From Perkinsus olseni (Eukaryota), in the NCBI GenBank assembly GCA_013115125.1, contig JABANN010000027.1, positions 62,001 through 121,005 of the forward strand: a stretch of DNA of 59,005 nt, written 5' to 3'. Under the pieces are notes generated by a model. The model saw only the letters and a program-made list of their open reading frames with translations. It was not told the origin of the DNA and did no database searches. Both the position numbers and the translations under genes were made by a program. Of this stretch, positions 38,591 through 51,587 are shown in pieces (within the stretch, counting starts at the first letter, position 1; each line of letters opens with the position of its first letter).

Positions 38591-39725
38591 CTTGGGAGGC
38601 TAAGAAAAGACAACTGAGCCAAAGAGGTACTATCTGAAGAGGTGGTATCTCAGCGAGTCCGCGTTGTACGCAGTGGCCAACGAGGTGGAGCGGACTATAC
38701 CGTATCGGTATCAGCGACTAATGAGTCGCTTCATCTCAGCACCCATCCTTCCCGCTCCTTTCCTCTAAATTGATGACACCAAACGCAACACAGACGATCA
38801 GTAGGGGCCGTCAGCGGACTGTTGACCGTCTCGAAACTCACTATCACTGTCGTAGGCATCTCCAACGATCGCAAACGTTCGACAAACGTGACATGAGCCA
38901 GAGAGATGCTAAAAGCAATGAACAAGATTATTGGGCTCGAGTCTAGCCGCTAGACGCAGAGAGTAACGACAAAGATTTGGGACTGGTATCTTGGGGTAAG
39001 GCCAATTATTAGGTGCTCCCTAAGTTGCCGTACGCTGTTTGGATCGAATCTGAATATGAATCACACTTTACTGTTAAGAAGTACAATTTCACAGCCCGTG
39101 ATTTTCTAAGAATATTTTGCGTGCAAATCGATCAGATTCTTCCAATTTCTCCAACCACGAAGAGTATTTGCTTTCGAACCAAGGGCATATGCGGTGCAGC
39201 ATACGAACATAATCACTGAGCTTCCGTTGCGAAATAATATCATGGAAGGACAGAATGCTGGAACGCACGGATTTTGAGCATTATGCCCTTGAAGGGCAAA
39301 ATGGGGAAGTTCCATGATAATGAATTTTTCATGATCCGGGTTTTTCAAAAAGCCGATTCTCTAACAATTTGCTGCCCGGTGTATAGGCCGTACAACCAAT
39401 GGCGAGGAAATAGTGTGTCACTGCCCCGTGTCCCAATTTTTGGCCCGAACGCAACCGTATCCGCTGGATCATAAGCGTGCAGCAAGCTGAAAACAGTGAT
39501 AATTCAAGAGCTCCTACGGTTTATTGTACGTCTGCTCTCGTACGATCTCGACACTCCTACTTCCCGCGTCTCGAGTTACGTGCGTAGGGAGGTTCCTATC
39601 CTTACATAACTTGGTAGCAGTTTCTCGTTGAATGCCTCAGGCTAAGTGCTGACCAGACTCACGACCTGGATTTCTTCAAAGTCGAATCAAATCTGAAGCG
39701 TCGAACCCTCCTGACTGACAAGCGC

Positions 39726-40183
39726 TCAAGCGAAGTCGCTGTTGCTTAGGCACCCGAGTAGAGAAGCCGTTGCAAGCCTGACATGGGAACAGCGGTCTAA
39801 TGGGCAGGCCACCGAGATACGGATCATATCGCCCTTCTCGAAGGTCTCCGAATCTTCCTCAGTAGCGGGTATGTTGAACCCAGCCTTGTACCCAAACATA
39901 GCTTGAGTCAAAGCAGCGCTTTCCTCCGCGCAGGTAGGGGGCTAACCTTCGGTAAGACACGTCACCGGGGCAAGGCGGAACGGTGAGCCTCGACCAATTC
40001 TAGAGTGGACGAGACCGGTAACTGACGTAGCTTCACGGAACCCGTGGGTACTCGGGCTCTCAACACCGTTTATAGAAAAGGCCCCATCTACGTCACCTAG
40101 GGAGCTATGGGTTTCGATTGCCTTGTGGTTACGGTCATAAGCTTATATCGGGTGTACAACATTACCAGGGCTAGGAGCCTCCA
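39726..40183 (-). pseudogene. Possible decayed coding frame of unknown origin
   Basis: One frame reads EAPSPGNVVHPI*AYDRNHK...LTEG*PPTCAEESAALTQAMFGYKAGFNIP...DFA* with two internal stops. Confidence 0.25.
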
Positions 40184-40298
40184 AACTTGCGGCCCGCAAG
40201 CGTTTGCGTAGAGTAATAATGAGAAGAGCGCGAATTAAGACTCTTAAATTAAGTCTCAATTCAAAAGGAGTCGAGGGGTCATTAGTACTAAGGACTCC

Positions 40299-40335
40299 TT
40301 ACGGCCATTCTCCTTAGTAAGGAGAATGGCCGTAA
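40299..40335. repeat. Perfect 18-bp inverted repeat with 1-nt spacer
   Basis: TTACGGCCATTCTCCTTA-G-TAAGGAGAATGGCCGTAA. Confidence 0.95.
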
Positions 40336-40887
40336 AACGCTCCACCTGAGGGCCTTGAGCGGCTCTAGTTGAGCGGCTCTGGCGGCCAGAGTCTGGCCAA
40401 CGCATTCCTACCTTGTTCAGTGTCGCACTTCTCCGGCGTTACGCCGGCGGCGCAGGGGAGGCCGGAATCGCTTCCGAATAAACGCCAGGGAGGAGAAAGG
40501 GGAAGCATCCTCCCAGAAGATGAACATAGCGGGACGGATGACGCTATCGGAGAGCAGATTAACCCAGAGCAATCAGCCAATAGAACGGGGCCTGTCACTG
40601 CCTCTTCAACAGGCAGTGCCCAAATCATCTCGGTGAATGCAGTGTTGCCAACCGACGTCATCACGACGCGATCAAAACCATGATATGGATTCAAGCGCAC
40701 TCCGAACGCTGGAGGTGGAGGTGGGTCGAAAACTCTCACAATATATTCAGCCTAGCCGTCTCTGCTCGACAACCTCAACGACCATCACCAACACGACACG
40801 GTCGCTACAGTGGATGACATGCATGATACTATTGCTATAGGAAACCATGGAGAGGTATTGTTCTCCTCAGCATTGTTCAGAGCATCA

Positions 40888-43800
40888 TCAGCCCCTCCTT
40901 GCGAACATAGAGAACAGGACGGTCTTACTGACGACGTCATACGCATTCATAGATAAGAACTGAGCTGGAATATCCTCACACTCAGGTCTGTGCTTAGCAG
41001 CCAGCTCTCGCAGGTAGGATAGGACCTGCGGAACATTCACACGCCGCCGGAGGGATGCACCCAGGGCACTTGCCTGATGCACAGCCCTATTGGTATGGGC
41101 CGGCAACTGCTGCAATTTACCACGGCAGCCTCCAAACGGGCACCGAGATGTACCTGGACCGCGACGGCTCGACCTCCTCCACCAAGAAGCGACCAATGGT
41201 GTGTACGACTTACCGAGCGGCAACTGGCGAGTAGCTTTACCGCAACCTTCGTCGTCACATCTCACCCACCCCGACCCCGCCTCTCTTGTAATCTTTCGGA
41301 GAATCTGCGACCGATCAATGCACCAATTTCATCACTCATGCCTCATCAACCGAGTGGACAGTCAGGCGAATCTCACCAGGACAAGCAGATTGTGGAGTAA
41401 GGGCGATGGTATCTCGGCCGAGCACTTCACACATTCCTTTTGTTTGATAGCATCCCCAATATGGCACGCTGATCGAGACAGCATACCCTACAAGCAGCCG
41501 CGGGCTACCCAGCATACTCGTCTTGCATTTCGGACACTTGTACTGCCGAGCAGCTCCCGCCAGGAACTTCCTCGCATCGGAGTACCTCGTGTCGATGTCT
41601 ACATTCTGTGAAAGGGAAGCCATCACAGCCTCGACATCATCCCCATCCCCTGGACCTGACGCGAGTGCCCGTCGCATTCACCCCATGGACAACTCCCCTA
41701 CCATTGTTGTTCATTCCAATAGCAGCGAACTTGCTAGGGTCCAAGCCCAAACACTCCGCCAAGTGAGCCGCGTCAGTGCCGCTCACTGGGGCACACAGCC
41801 GTACTAGCGGTGGATGAATTTGATGGGTTTTGTACCTTAACCGTAATCGCTGCTGCTGCATGTCAGCCAAGCGAATCAGAGGTACTAAGAAGAGCTTAGG
41901 AACCGCGTAAACTGGGCCATGGTCAGCGAGATCGCGGAGACTTACCACTGTGTGTCTATCTGCACCACAGAAGGCCCCAGCCTCCTAACCTCGTCGGGGC
42001 TGCGGGCTCTTGCCGCCACCGATTGAGAATCTACTATCCATGCACTACTAAGTGGAGTGCAGAAAGGAGGACCCACCGGTGCCAAGAGCTGCCGGTTTGG
42101 TCTCGGCGTCGCCCTCGGCTTCCGCCTTGCCGGCTGCCTCCCCTGGACGGGTGATAACATAAGGGATCTCATTTCCAGGCCGAATCACATGACCACCATC
42201 CATCATCCGCTTGGCGACCATAACATGTGCCTTAGGAAGGTAGACAAATCTGGTCAAAAAACTACAGCGACACAGGTAGCACGCATGCACACAAACTAGG
42301 TTCAACCACGATTGTTGCAACTGTGAGAGAGGCTCCCCCTCGACTGCTGGTACCTGGCTCTTGGCGTCTGGATAGTCTGCCGGCATCTTCGTCAAGGCCT
42401 TGGTGATGACGTATTCTTCCAGTGGTATCTGATGCTCTCCGGCTTGTCCCGAGAGGCCCCGATGCTCCCCGCCTAGAATTGCCCGAGTTACCTCGTCGTT
42501 GTCCATTTTGAGGCTTATGCTCTTCACATAGTCGTGCAGCCACTCCACCACACGCTCCGCTTCTTGCGCTGATCGGTCGACATCCGCTGGGCCATTCTCC
42601 GCTGATGCTGATGCCGGAGCTTGAGACTCGGCCCGAAGCCCCAGCAAGCACCGAAGGACCTGCAGCAAACGGCTGGACTAACCGAATGGCGCGCCGTGCT
42701 CCGCCAATGAGCCAGCGCCCGAAAGTCTGGCAACTTTACCTCATCGCCCATCTTCTTAGACAGAGGGCACCAGTCACGTCTGACGAGATCGAGACCCTTG
42801 TACTCCTTCTCAGCGATACCCTGAGCCCAGTCAATCACCTTCACACCAGCGTACCTACAGAACCACCTCCCACAACGGAGACCCGTCAATCCCAGAATCT
42901 TATCTCACTTCTTTTTCTTCAACAACAGAAGCCTCTTAAAAACGCCGTCGATGTCGAGCTCGAGCTTCTTATACCGTTTATTAACCTCTGCCATTATCTG
43001 CCCTCCGATACGCATAGCCTGGTCGAATGCCTCCGTCCCTACAGATCAGCTTCATTCGAGCTACCCCATTACCGTTAGACCTACCTGTGTGGACAAATAT
43101 AGAATCCGTGTCACCATAGACCACATCAAAGCGGAGATGGCTCTCTACTATATCCACAGTGGCCTGATAAATACGAGCACTAGCCGGCTCGAGTCAAGGG
43201 CAACATCCCATTCACCAACCTGCAGTGTCTCTCTGCCTGTCCGCGTGATGAGAGCGGCGATCGGCTTAGCATAGAAGCGGCTATTGGAGAACCCGAGGCA
43301 GCCGTACATACTATTGGCTGTGAGCTTCAATGCCTTCTGCCGGATATCCAGCTGGTTGCCCGTCTTGGGATTGGTACCTAGGGATTTTCTCCTCCCACTG
43401 ACCAGCAAGGGCAGGTACATGTCTTGAGCAGCTTTTTGACGTCCTTCCTGCTCTCGACCAGCCGAGTGATGACCTGCGGCAGTACAGCATCCCTCTCCCC
43501 CGGGGCCCTCTTAGGTAGCTCTGGAATCACGCCAGCGTTCTCGCCGAGGGCCGAGTCGTGAGCGTCCAATCTGAAGACAATCTAGGCAATGAAACAGAGG
43601 ACCGAAAGCCACCGTGGCCAACCCCAACGACGCTCCCGCCTTCAAGAGCCCAATTCTGACCTGTCGACTGTCGTGAAGCAAATGTTATATTCTCGGATAA
43701 TAGACGGGTAGAGGGAATTGAAATCCAAGAGAAGCACGAGCTTGTCGTAGAGGCCTGCCTTGGGTTCAAGTACCAGACCACCGGCGTATCTGTGGGAGGA

Positions 43801-46800
43801 TCCTCAGACCGACTTCGTACGAAGTCCAGCTTACGCTGCCTTCTTCCTCCGGGGTCCAGCAGGGGCCTTGGCCTGCGGGATATCGCCGCCCTCGTCGAAC
43901 ACATCAGCCTGATAGCTCTTCCGGTCACCGGGTCTCTCCTTGTCAGGAACGATGAACTTCTTTCTGATAAAAGAACCAGAAACTAAGCTACTCAGCCGCC
44001 CACGTGCCAGCCGTGCAGAGGAAGCACGACACTCCCCACTCCTCACTCGAGGCTGGCCAGCACAGGTCATCCACGACTCGACCATGCCGTGCGAGACACC
44101 GGAAGATATAATGCCTTACCTGTGGAACTCGTGTACTAAAAGTATCTCATTCCTCTCAGCTCTCTTATTCTGCAGCGAGTGGCTCCAAAGATTCCCCGCC
44201 AAATTAGTTAACTGCCTCGTCAAAGACAACACCTACAACGCGGCCAACAGAATGCACCGAACACTTCCGACCCACGGCGGCCCTACCTGCAGCGCCCATC
44301 CGACCCGCAGTTGCAAGACGGCATCGGTGAGCGTATGCTCCGCTAGTGCCGAGAGCGCCCTAGGGTCCTCGTAGAACTTCACCAAGGAATCCAACGCTAC
44401 GGGGGCTCGCGCTGTCTGACCATGCAAGAAATGCTCATACCGCTACTGACGTCCGACTCGCCTCACCTTCAACAACTTCAGCGAGAGGCTTCCCAAATCA
44501 TACGTGGTCAACCTCAGGTACTCTCTGGCGCTCAGGTAGGTATCACACACCAACCGCCCGGCTGTCAGGCTGCGGCCCAGCCAGAGGCTGCCTCCACCGG
44601 CGTTGCCTCTGCCATCACGCTTCTTCCCGCCGTGCCCAAAAGGAAGATGCCCGGTCGGCCTGAGCGCTCGCTGTTGGCAGGACAATTCTCCTTAGCCATC
44701 CTGAACCCACCTTTTGAGGCGGCTGAACTTGTGCCACGCAGGCAGCTTATGATGCTGCATCCGCTGGGCCAGGATATCCAAACCAAATCCAAATCTACCA
44801 AGAGCCAGCGCCAGGCTACTGAAGGAGGGACCGCCACTGAGGCCCTACATGTTATGGCCTAATATGATGTCAGGGTCAGCCCGAGTGACCATGGCGGCCA
44901 GGTGATTGAGCAGGGCACGTTCGCTAGACTCCACGACGATATTCTGAAGGGCGAATAGAAGACAGCCCTCAGCTTGGCGCCTCCCCTACTAACCTTGGCC
45001 AGAGGGCCCTTGGGGAAGGTAACACCCTCTATTTTCGTCACTGCCATGAAGGTTTGCATACCTTGAGGTCGAAGCGTGTAAGATACGCCAACCCGCTGCC
45101 TACACTCACCCCGCCGAAGACACTCCTCGTTGGCTTCATCGACATCTAGATTGGGATTATGATAATAGGCCGCAACAGCTATCTCGTGCTGTTGCTGCTG
45201 GGCTGCCGCAGTCGATCGACCTGCCGTAGCCAGAGTTCGACCCTCAGCCCTCAAGCGAGGCGATTCTGACCCTTGCCAGTCGGGGCCTTCGTCTGCTTAG
45301 TCGTGTTGGTCTTGATAGAGAGGCTCATTATAGACAACGGTGGCAGAGGCGGCGTCGCATCAGCAGGTACCTACTCCGTCCACGCGTCACTGGATGGCTA
45401 CTGCCGCTGGCCCTTACCACCGATATTCCCTTCGTGCCGGTCTGTACTCGGACCTCTCGAGTGCACCAGGAGAGCTTGTTCAATGCTGAGGCGGAGCGAC
45501 GCACACAATCAGGCTCCGTGGGCGGCCGCTGGTGGATGCAACTTACTCGTGGAAGCGTTGAAGGAGCCTGCACTTATCTGTATCCAGCATGGACCCATGA
45601 TACGTCGCTTGACGAGGAACAGCTCCGTCAGAGAGGTGTTGTTGCCAAACACATGAGAGAAGGACTTGCCCTCCAACCCGGATGGCAGTGCTGGGCAGTT
45701 GGACGAATACACAACCTTAAGGCACCTGACAACCGTCCAGAGCTGCCGATGGGCCTAGAGAGCATAAAAAGTTAGACGCCTCTAACCCGACTGCAGTACA
45801 GTAACACTCAGCCGGTCACTTGCCCTACCCCAAACGGCCGTGAGGTATGCCATGGACTTGGTCGAAGCAGTAATTGCGCCAGACGAACTTGCACTTGTAT
45901 TTATTCACAGCAGCCAACACCCCTCCGCTCTTCTTCCGTAGGGCCTCGAACTGAACAGAGAGATGATACTCACTACGCCTTCACTCCTCCAACGCCATAA
46001 GTCCGGAGTACTGCAGTGGGCACTTAGGAGACCCCCTGGGGGATGTGCTCACCTCCTGCATCACGGAGTAGCACGCCGCTCTACACTCACTCTCATCTTC
46101 TGACTGCTCCCTCTGAGGCGAGGCATTGGCATACTGACTCCCACTAGCAGCAGTCTCTTACCGGAAGGAAGAAGCAGTTGCGCATAATGTTGGTGACAAC
46201 TACGCAGCATGAATCGAACTGTGCTCTAGCCGATGCCTTCCCGCCGTCCCGCCGTCTCGTTTTACCTGCTCAGGGCCAGTGCTGGCGAGGAGCAGGTAGT
46301 GCTCGACATACCGAAGAGATAAAGAGCTGGAGTCTTGTCCGGCAAGACATCCTCGTAAACATCTAGCAGGTACCTGCCGCAACGAAGTAGCCCAACAGAA
46401 GGCAGCAGCCAAGCGGCACGCCGACACCATCGCCATTAACGGGGAGGCTCACATCATCAGAGACCCATCTTCTTCCTTCACAGCGTCAAGGCCATGATCG
46501 TCCCCGGCGGAGCCTGAGCGACAAAACGCTATCTCCACTATGGAACAGCGCGGGTGTCAGTATCATCAGACCCAATATAAACACGCAGCCATTTACCATG
46601 TGGACTAGAGGCAGCCTTGGATTCGGCATCATCCGTGTCGTCCGTTATCAGCCATGAGTCGCCGAAGTCCACCACCTTCTGCGGCGACTCGCTGTCCTTC
46701 ACTACGGCAGCTGGTGCTCCAGACGGCCGAGGACCTTGTGGACCTGAAGGCCAGCCGTCCGCTAGCCGCTACTCCTCGGTAGACCCCACTAGTCGAGTCC

Positions 46801-47971
46801 TCTTTCTTCGTTCCTTCTTCGTCCTCTTTCTTCTCTTTACCGTTGCCTAGCTCACACCTCGGCGCCGCCTCCACAGGAACGCTGGCCTCTTCAAGGCTCG
46901 TCCGGCGTCGCTTAGTGGTCGACTTAGGAATATTTACCTCGGTGTCCTGCCGAAGCAACTGCCCACCTCAGCAGGACAGCGAAGGAATTCCGCCACCCAC
47001 GACGCTCACTTCCACAGCATGATCATCATGCTCCTCCACGACGGCATCCTCCTCTGCCTTCACAGCACCACTGGGCTCCACGTCCCGGCATTCCTCGACC
47101 GGCCGCTTCCTGCTACTCGCTGAGGCCACGGCAGCTGGGGTGCTCCGTGCGACCTATCCATAACAAAGATTCCAATCGGACGAGTCAATCGAGTTCACCC
47201 TCGTCGGACGGGCCCCAACAGATCCACCTTCATCCATCGCCAGGAGCTCATCCTCGAAGCCCTCGAGCATGTCGTCGACTGCTGCCGTGTCTACCGGTGC
47301 TGGCTCCTCCTCCACTTTAGTACGTGTAGCCGGCTTGCTCCGACTCGCTCCCTGCAGCCAGGAACGACAAACTCTGCGGCCCAGTCGTACGGCAACCGCC
47401 GTAGACACCGTCTTCCTCGGCTCACCTTGAAGAACTGGGCAATCCCTCTCTGTCCCTTCTCCCTCTCCTGCATCCGCCTAGCCGCCGCGTCCCTCTCCGC
47501 CTGTCTCTGCTTTCGCGCTCTATCCAGCATCTTGCGGGCCTGCAAGCACCCTCCCCCTCCTCTGCTACTGCAGCGGCACTACATTCTTCGACCCGCCCAT
47601 CTCTTCCTCATCATTCAACCTCTCCAACTCCGAGTCGTACTCCTCCTAGCACGGCCCTCATCATCCTCACCCACGGCAAGCGGCCTCCACTACTACCTCG
47701 TCCCACAGCTCCTGACCGTCATCGATGTACCCTCCCCCATCCCCACCCTGATCGTCCACCACGAAGTTGTCATTCCTTCTCTCCTTGCACAATTTACGGT
47801 ACTCATCCTCATCAACCTAAGTCAGTCACCATACGCCCAACCCTTCCAGACAACCCTAGGGACCTCCTCGATGATCCTGCCGCTCTCCCTAACCTGGTAC
47901 TGCTCTGAGCGCTTCCCTCCGCCTGCACGGAGCTCACGAAGCTGTCGAAGTGCGTCTCTCTTAGAGGACAT
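40888..47971 (-). CDS. POLA1: DNA polymerase alpha catalytic subunit, many exons
   Basis: [60 protein letters not shown]-terminal Cys clusters (CPKC, CDDEGC, CPFGGC) and N-terminal [12 protein letters not shown]. Confidence 0.95.
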
Positions 47972-48115
47972 CACAGCAAAAGATCTATTTACTGCCAGCT
48001 TCAACCTAAGATACCCCCAGCCCACCTCACCCCCTCTAATTAACACGTCCACTACGCAAAACCTTCCAGCGTGGAGAAAACGTAAGGCACATAAGGTGCA
48101 GTTAGGAACCTTATT

Positions 48116-50010
48116 CTACATTCCCTCAGGAGGGGCCTTAGTCTGCACTACTCCCTCCTCCCAAAGGCTGGTCGTCAGACCTTGTCCCAGCTTCTGCATA
48201 TCAACCCAGTCGGGCCAGACCCGGTACATCTCCGACAGAGCAGCTACCTTATCCACCCCAGAGATCTCCAGAGTGCCCGGCGTCCTCTTGCTGGCGTCAT
48301 CCGACATCATATGCTGAGACATCTTATTGTCCGCACAGTGGAAGATGAGGGTCGTGGACTCCATCGTTTCCACATCGCTCTCCACAGCGACCCGTACCCA
48401 TGCCGGGTTCCGCCACCGCACGAGGAGGTTGCCCTGAGCGGCCGGGCTCGGGCCGTGCGTCTTAGTCTCACCCGCCCTCGGAGCAGGAGGAGTCCGCAAG
48501 GCTATGAAGTCAACCTGCCAGGGGAAACTTCTCGTGGTAACCCTAACACCCCCCCCCCTCCCCTGAGCCGCCTTACCGCAGTCTGATCAGCAGCATCATC
48601 CTCATCGACATATTCACTAAGCTTAGCGATTAGCTCCTTAACATGACCCTTGAACGCCTTCCGAGCCCGCATCAGCGCCTCCGGCTCAGCCTGAGTCTCC
48701 CCTTGAGGGGGGACTCTAGCAACCTTCTCCACCTCCTCCTCCACCGCCATGCTGCTGTCGTCCTCCTCCTCAGCCGTGGCGTCATCATCGCTAGCATTGT
48801 CCTCATCTTCACCTGCCTCCCGTGCTGCAGTCTCGACCGTCACCGGTGCCATCAGTCGGCCCATGTACCTGCCAAACACATCGCTGGGCGGTCTTCGCTG
48901 CCATGCTGCTGGCACCTCATCCAATTGACAGGCACACCCTCCCTGAAGGCGACATCCTCCTTCATGGCCTTAGCCAGGGCCCCCGGTATAAGAAGATTCT
49001 GGAGGAGTTCGCCCCAGGAGTTGTGGTAGTAGGTGCTCACCGTGAGGTGATGGGAGTAACCACCAGGCGACACACAGCCAAAATGGACCGTACCTGAACA
49101 AATGCCAGTGAAAGCGCATGACCGACAACAGCAGCAGGAACCAGGAACCAATGCGATATTAAGCGGAGATGGAGAAACTTAACGTGCTAGGCCTACTACC
49201 TCTGGGAATGTAAAGCAAGTCTCCCTGCTCGATAACCTCGTCAAAGTAAGGCAAAGCTAGCTCCTCCTCCGTGTAATCTCTAAGGCGAACATCAATACAA
49301 CAACCACCCTAAGCTGGTCACTCCCCAGCGTACCGGCTATAGTCCATCGGCAGTGGACCATCATCATCAGGGCTATCGTACAGCCGCCATCGCTTGCTGC
49401 CCTCCGTCTGCAGCATGAACACCTCCACATCATCATAGTGAGGGGCGAACCCAACTGAGTTGGCCGGGGTCAGGTAGGAGTTGGCCCCCCAGAGAGTTCC
49501 GAAGTAGTTCTCCAAGCGCTCCATCAGAGCATGGCAGGGTTTGCTGAAGCGCTGAGGCTGCATGAACTGGCAGCTGACCCCTTCCTCGAACCGCTCTTGC
49601 ATGTACTCAACAGTCGCCTTCTCGCCCTCCTCGCCATTGTGCATCACCTTCGCTCCGTCCTCCACCCGGGCAAAGTTGACACTCTCCCCAAAACGACACT
49701 CGTGCTTGGCCAGAGTCTTTTCCGCCATGGCCTTCGTCCACACGCCCGAGTAGTAGTCCCGAGCATCCGGCCGCTTCACGTGCAAGGGCTTCTTCTCCCA
49801 GTACTCCTCAAAGAACTGCTCGACCGTCACCGGGTGGATGAGCCAGGCAAAGAGCTTCTCACTGCAGCTCGTGGCCGTGTTGCCCAAGGGGAACTTCAGA
49901 CCGGTGCCGGCAACTTTCTTCTTGTGGCCGCTGGCAGCAGGACTCCCCTTGGACTTCTTCCCACCACTAGCAGCTTCAAGAGGAGTAGTAGACGGACGTT
50001 TAGACGGCAT
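48116..50010 (-). CDS. RIOX1: JmjC (Cupin_4) ribosomal oxygenase, NO66/MINA53 family
   Basis: LIHPVTVEQFFEEYWEKKPL, GANSYLTP, GFAPHYDDVEVFMLQTEGSKRWRLY, SHHLTVSTY. Confidence 0.88.
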
Positions 50011-50146
50011 GAATAATCAACCGGGAAGGTACAGTACCCTGGAGCATCACCCCGTGCACCACGTTCGCGCCATCATTACCGACGCAACACCAGCAACTGC
50101 CATTATCAATAACAATATGGACATGACGACGCATGGCCACTACACG

Positions 50147-51297
50147 TTACTTCCTCGGCACAGCCAAGAGTGACTCCAATTGCTCCTTCAACTGAGTGTT
50201 TTCCTTTCGTAATCGTTCCACCTGATTCACGTAAGGTCCCCCCATCAGCCGCTCCTAAAGAAGCTCATCTCTCCTTTGGCCTTACTTCTTCCTCGTGCTG
50301 CCTCTGGTTCTCACTGCGTTTCGCCTCCCCTCCCACCTGGGTATCAACAATCCTTTGCTCCATAGCCTTCACATCATTCTGCCACCACGCCGTACCGCTT
50401 TTCCACCAACTCCCCCCCCCCCTACTACCTCCAGTAGTTCGATATCAGCCGTCAGCTCCTCCGTCTCCTGCTTCTCGTTGAACCTGCGCTGCTCCGCCAT
50501 GAGAGCTTTCCGAATGCCAAAGGCAATGGAGGACTCATACAGCGACTGGTAGGCCGCGATGGTCATGCGGACCTCGTCCCTCACTCTCAGGGCCAGCAGC
50601 CCTCTCTCGGCACAAATGATCGTCATCTGACACGACCGCAGCTATCGCCCGGAGAAAATGCCCCCGACGACCCACCTGACGGATGAGCTCATCAAAGGCC
50701 TGTCCATAGAGGTCCTCACGAACAGGGCAGATGCCGGTCTCCCTGGCCTGGCGTTCCTGCAACCTCTTGTCCAGCTCCTGCTGCAGGGCCACTACATCAG
50801 GCCGAGTGGCGGGAGTTGATGATACATATTGGACCTTGCAAAGCGCAGCGAGCACTGAGCTAGAATCGAGAGATGGTACCAACCAAGCAGGGTATACGAT
50901 TTCTTATGAGTTTATAGAGACTGCATGCTTGAATCCACACCCCGTTGCTTGGAAGAGAACGAATTTCTCTGCTACCATGGAACCTATTGTGGGTTCCTGC
51001 CCGCCCTCAACCGCGACGACGAAGATTCCTTTCGACCCAGCAGAGCGTATCTTACGGTTTCCCTACCCTACCCAAACCCTGTCCTCATCCGACCATTCCC
51101 TCGGCGGCAGTATGGAATTTAGAATGTCCTCTGTCTGAGTCATGCCCGGTACCCCCTCTACCGCCGCCTTCGGTGAGGCGCCCTAACAGCAGCATTTGCG
51201 TGAGGGGACATCTGTCAGTTACCACCTTCTTGCCGGTCTTATTGCCGATATTGGCAATGGAGATGGGGGTGCTGTACTTCACCAACGACGGTTGCAT
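50147..51297 (-). CDS. DNALI1: Axonemal inner-arm dynein light intermediate chain p28
   Basis: SLVKYSTP, ILNSILPPREW, VSSTPATRPDV, QARETGICPVREDLY.QAFDELIRQ, ERGLLALRVRDE, YESSIAFGIRKAL. Confidence 0.95.
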
Positions 51298-51587
51298 TGA
51301 TTTACGAAATGGAGCGCGATTTTGAATGGCACCACCCCGAGGCCGAAGAGTGCGTCGCTCCGCTAAGAAAAACGAAAATTTTCGTAAAGCGGCCTCGCTC
51401 CGCTTCCAGACAGAATAATTGAACGCAAGATGCCGTGCCCTGATTTTGAAAGATGCAAAAATAAGGGGCGGCTATGTGGCTGAGGGCAGGGAGTAATGGG
51501 AGGGTGGCGGATTGCCGAGGGAGCCTGTGGGACTGGACTTAAGCCCGCTGATCTCAGAGAGAGTCCTCATCTAACAGCCCTTCCAAT

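Noticed and set aside
47427-48317. 296-aa plus-strand ORF and other long antisense ORFs (e.g. 36733-37497, 29553-30173)
   Set aside because: Shadows of GC-rich coding sequence on the opposite strand; no motifs.
50835-51072. Longer intron in the p28 gene as a possible snoRNA host (also 19209-19448 in the polymerase gene)
   Set aside because: No convincing C/D or H/ACA boxes with terminal stems were found by eye.
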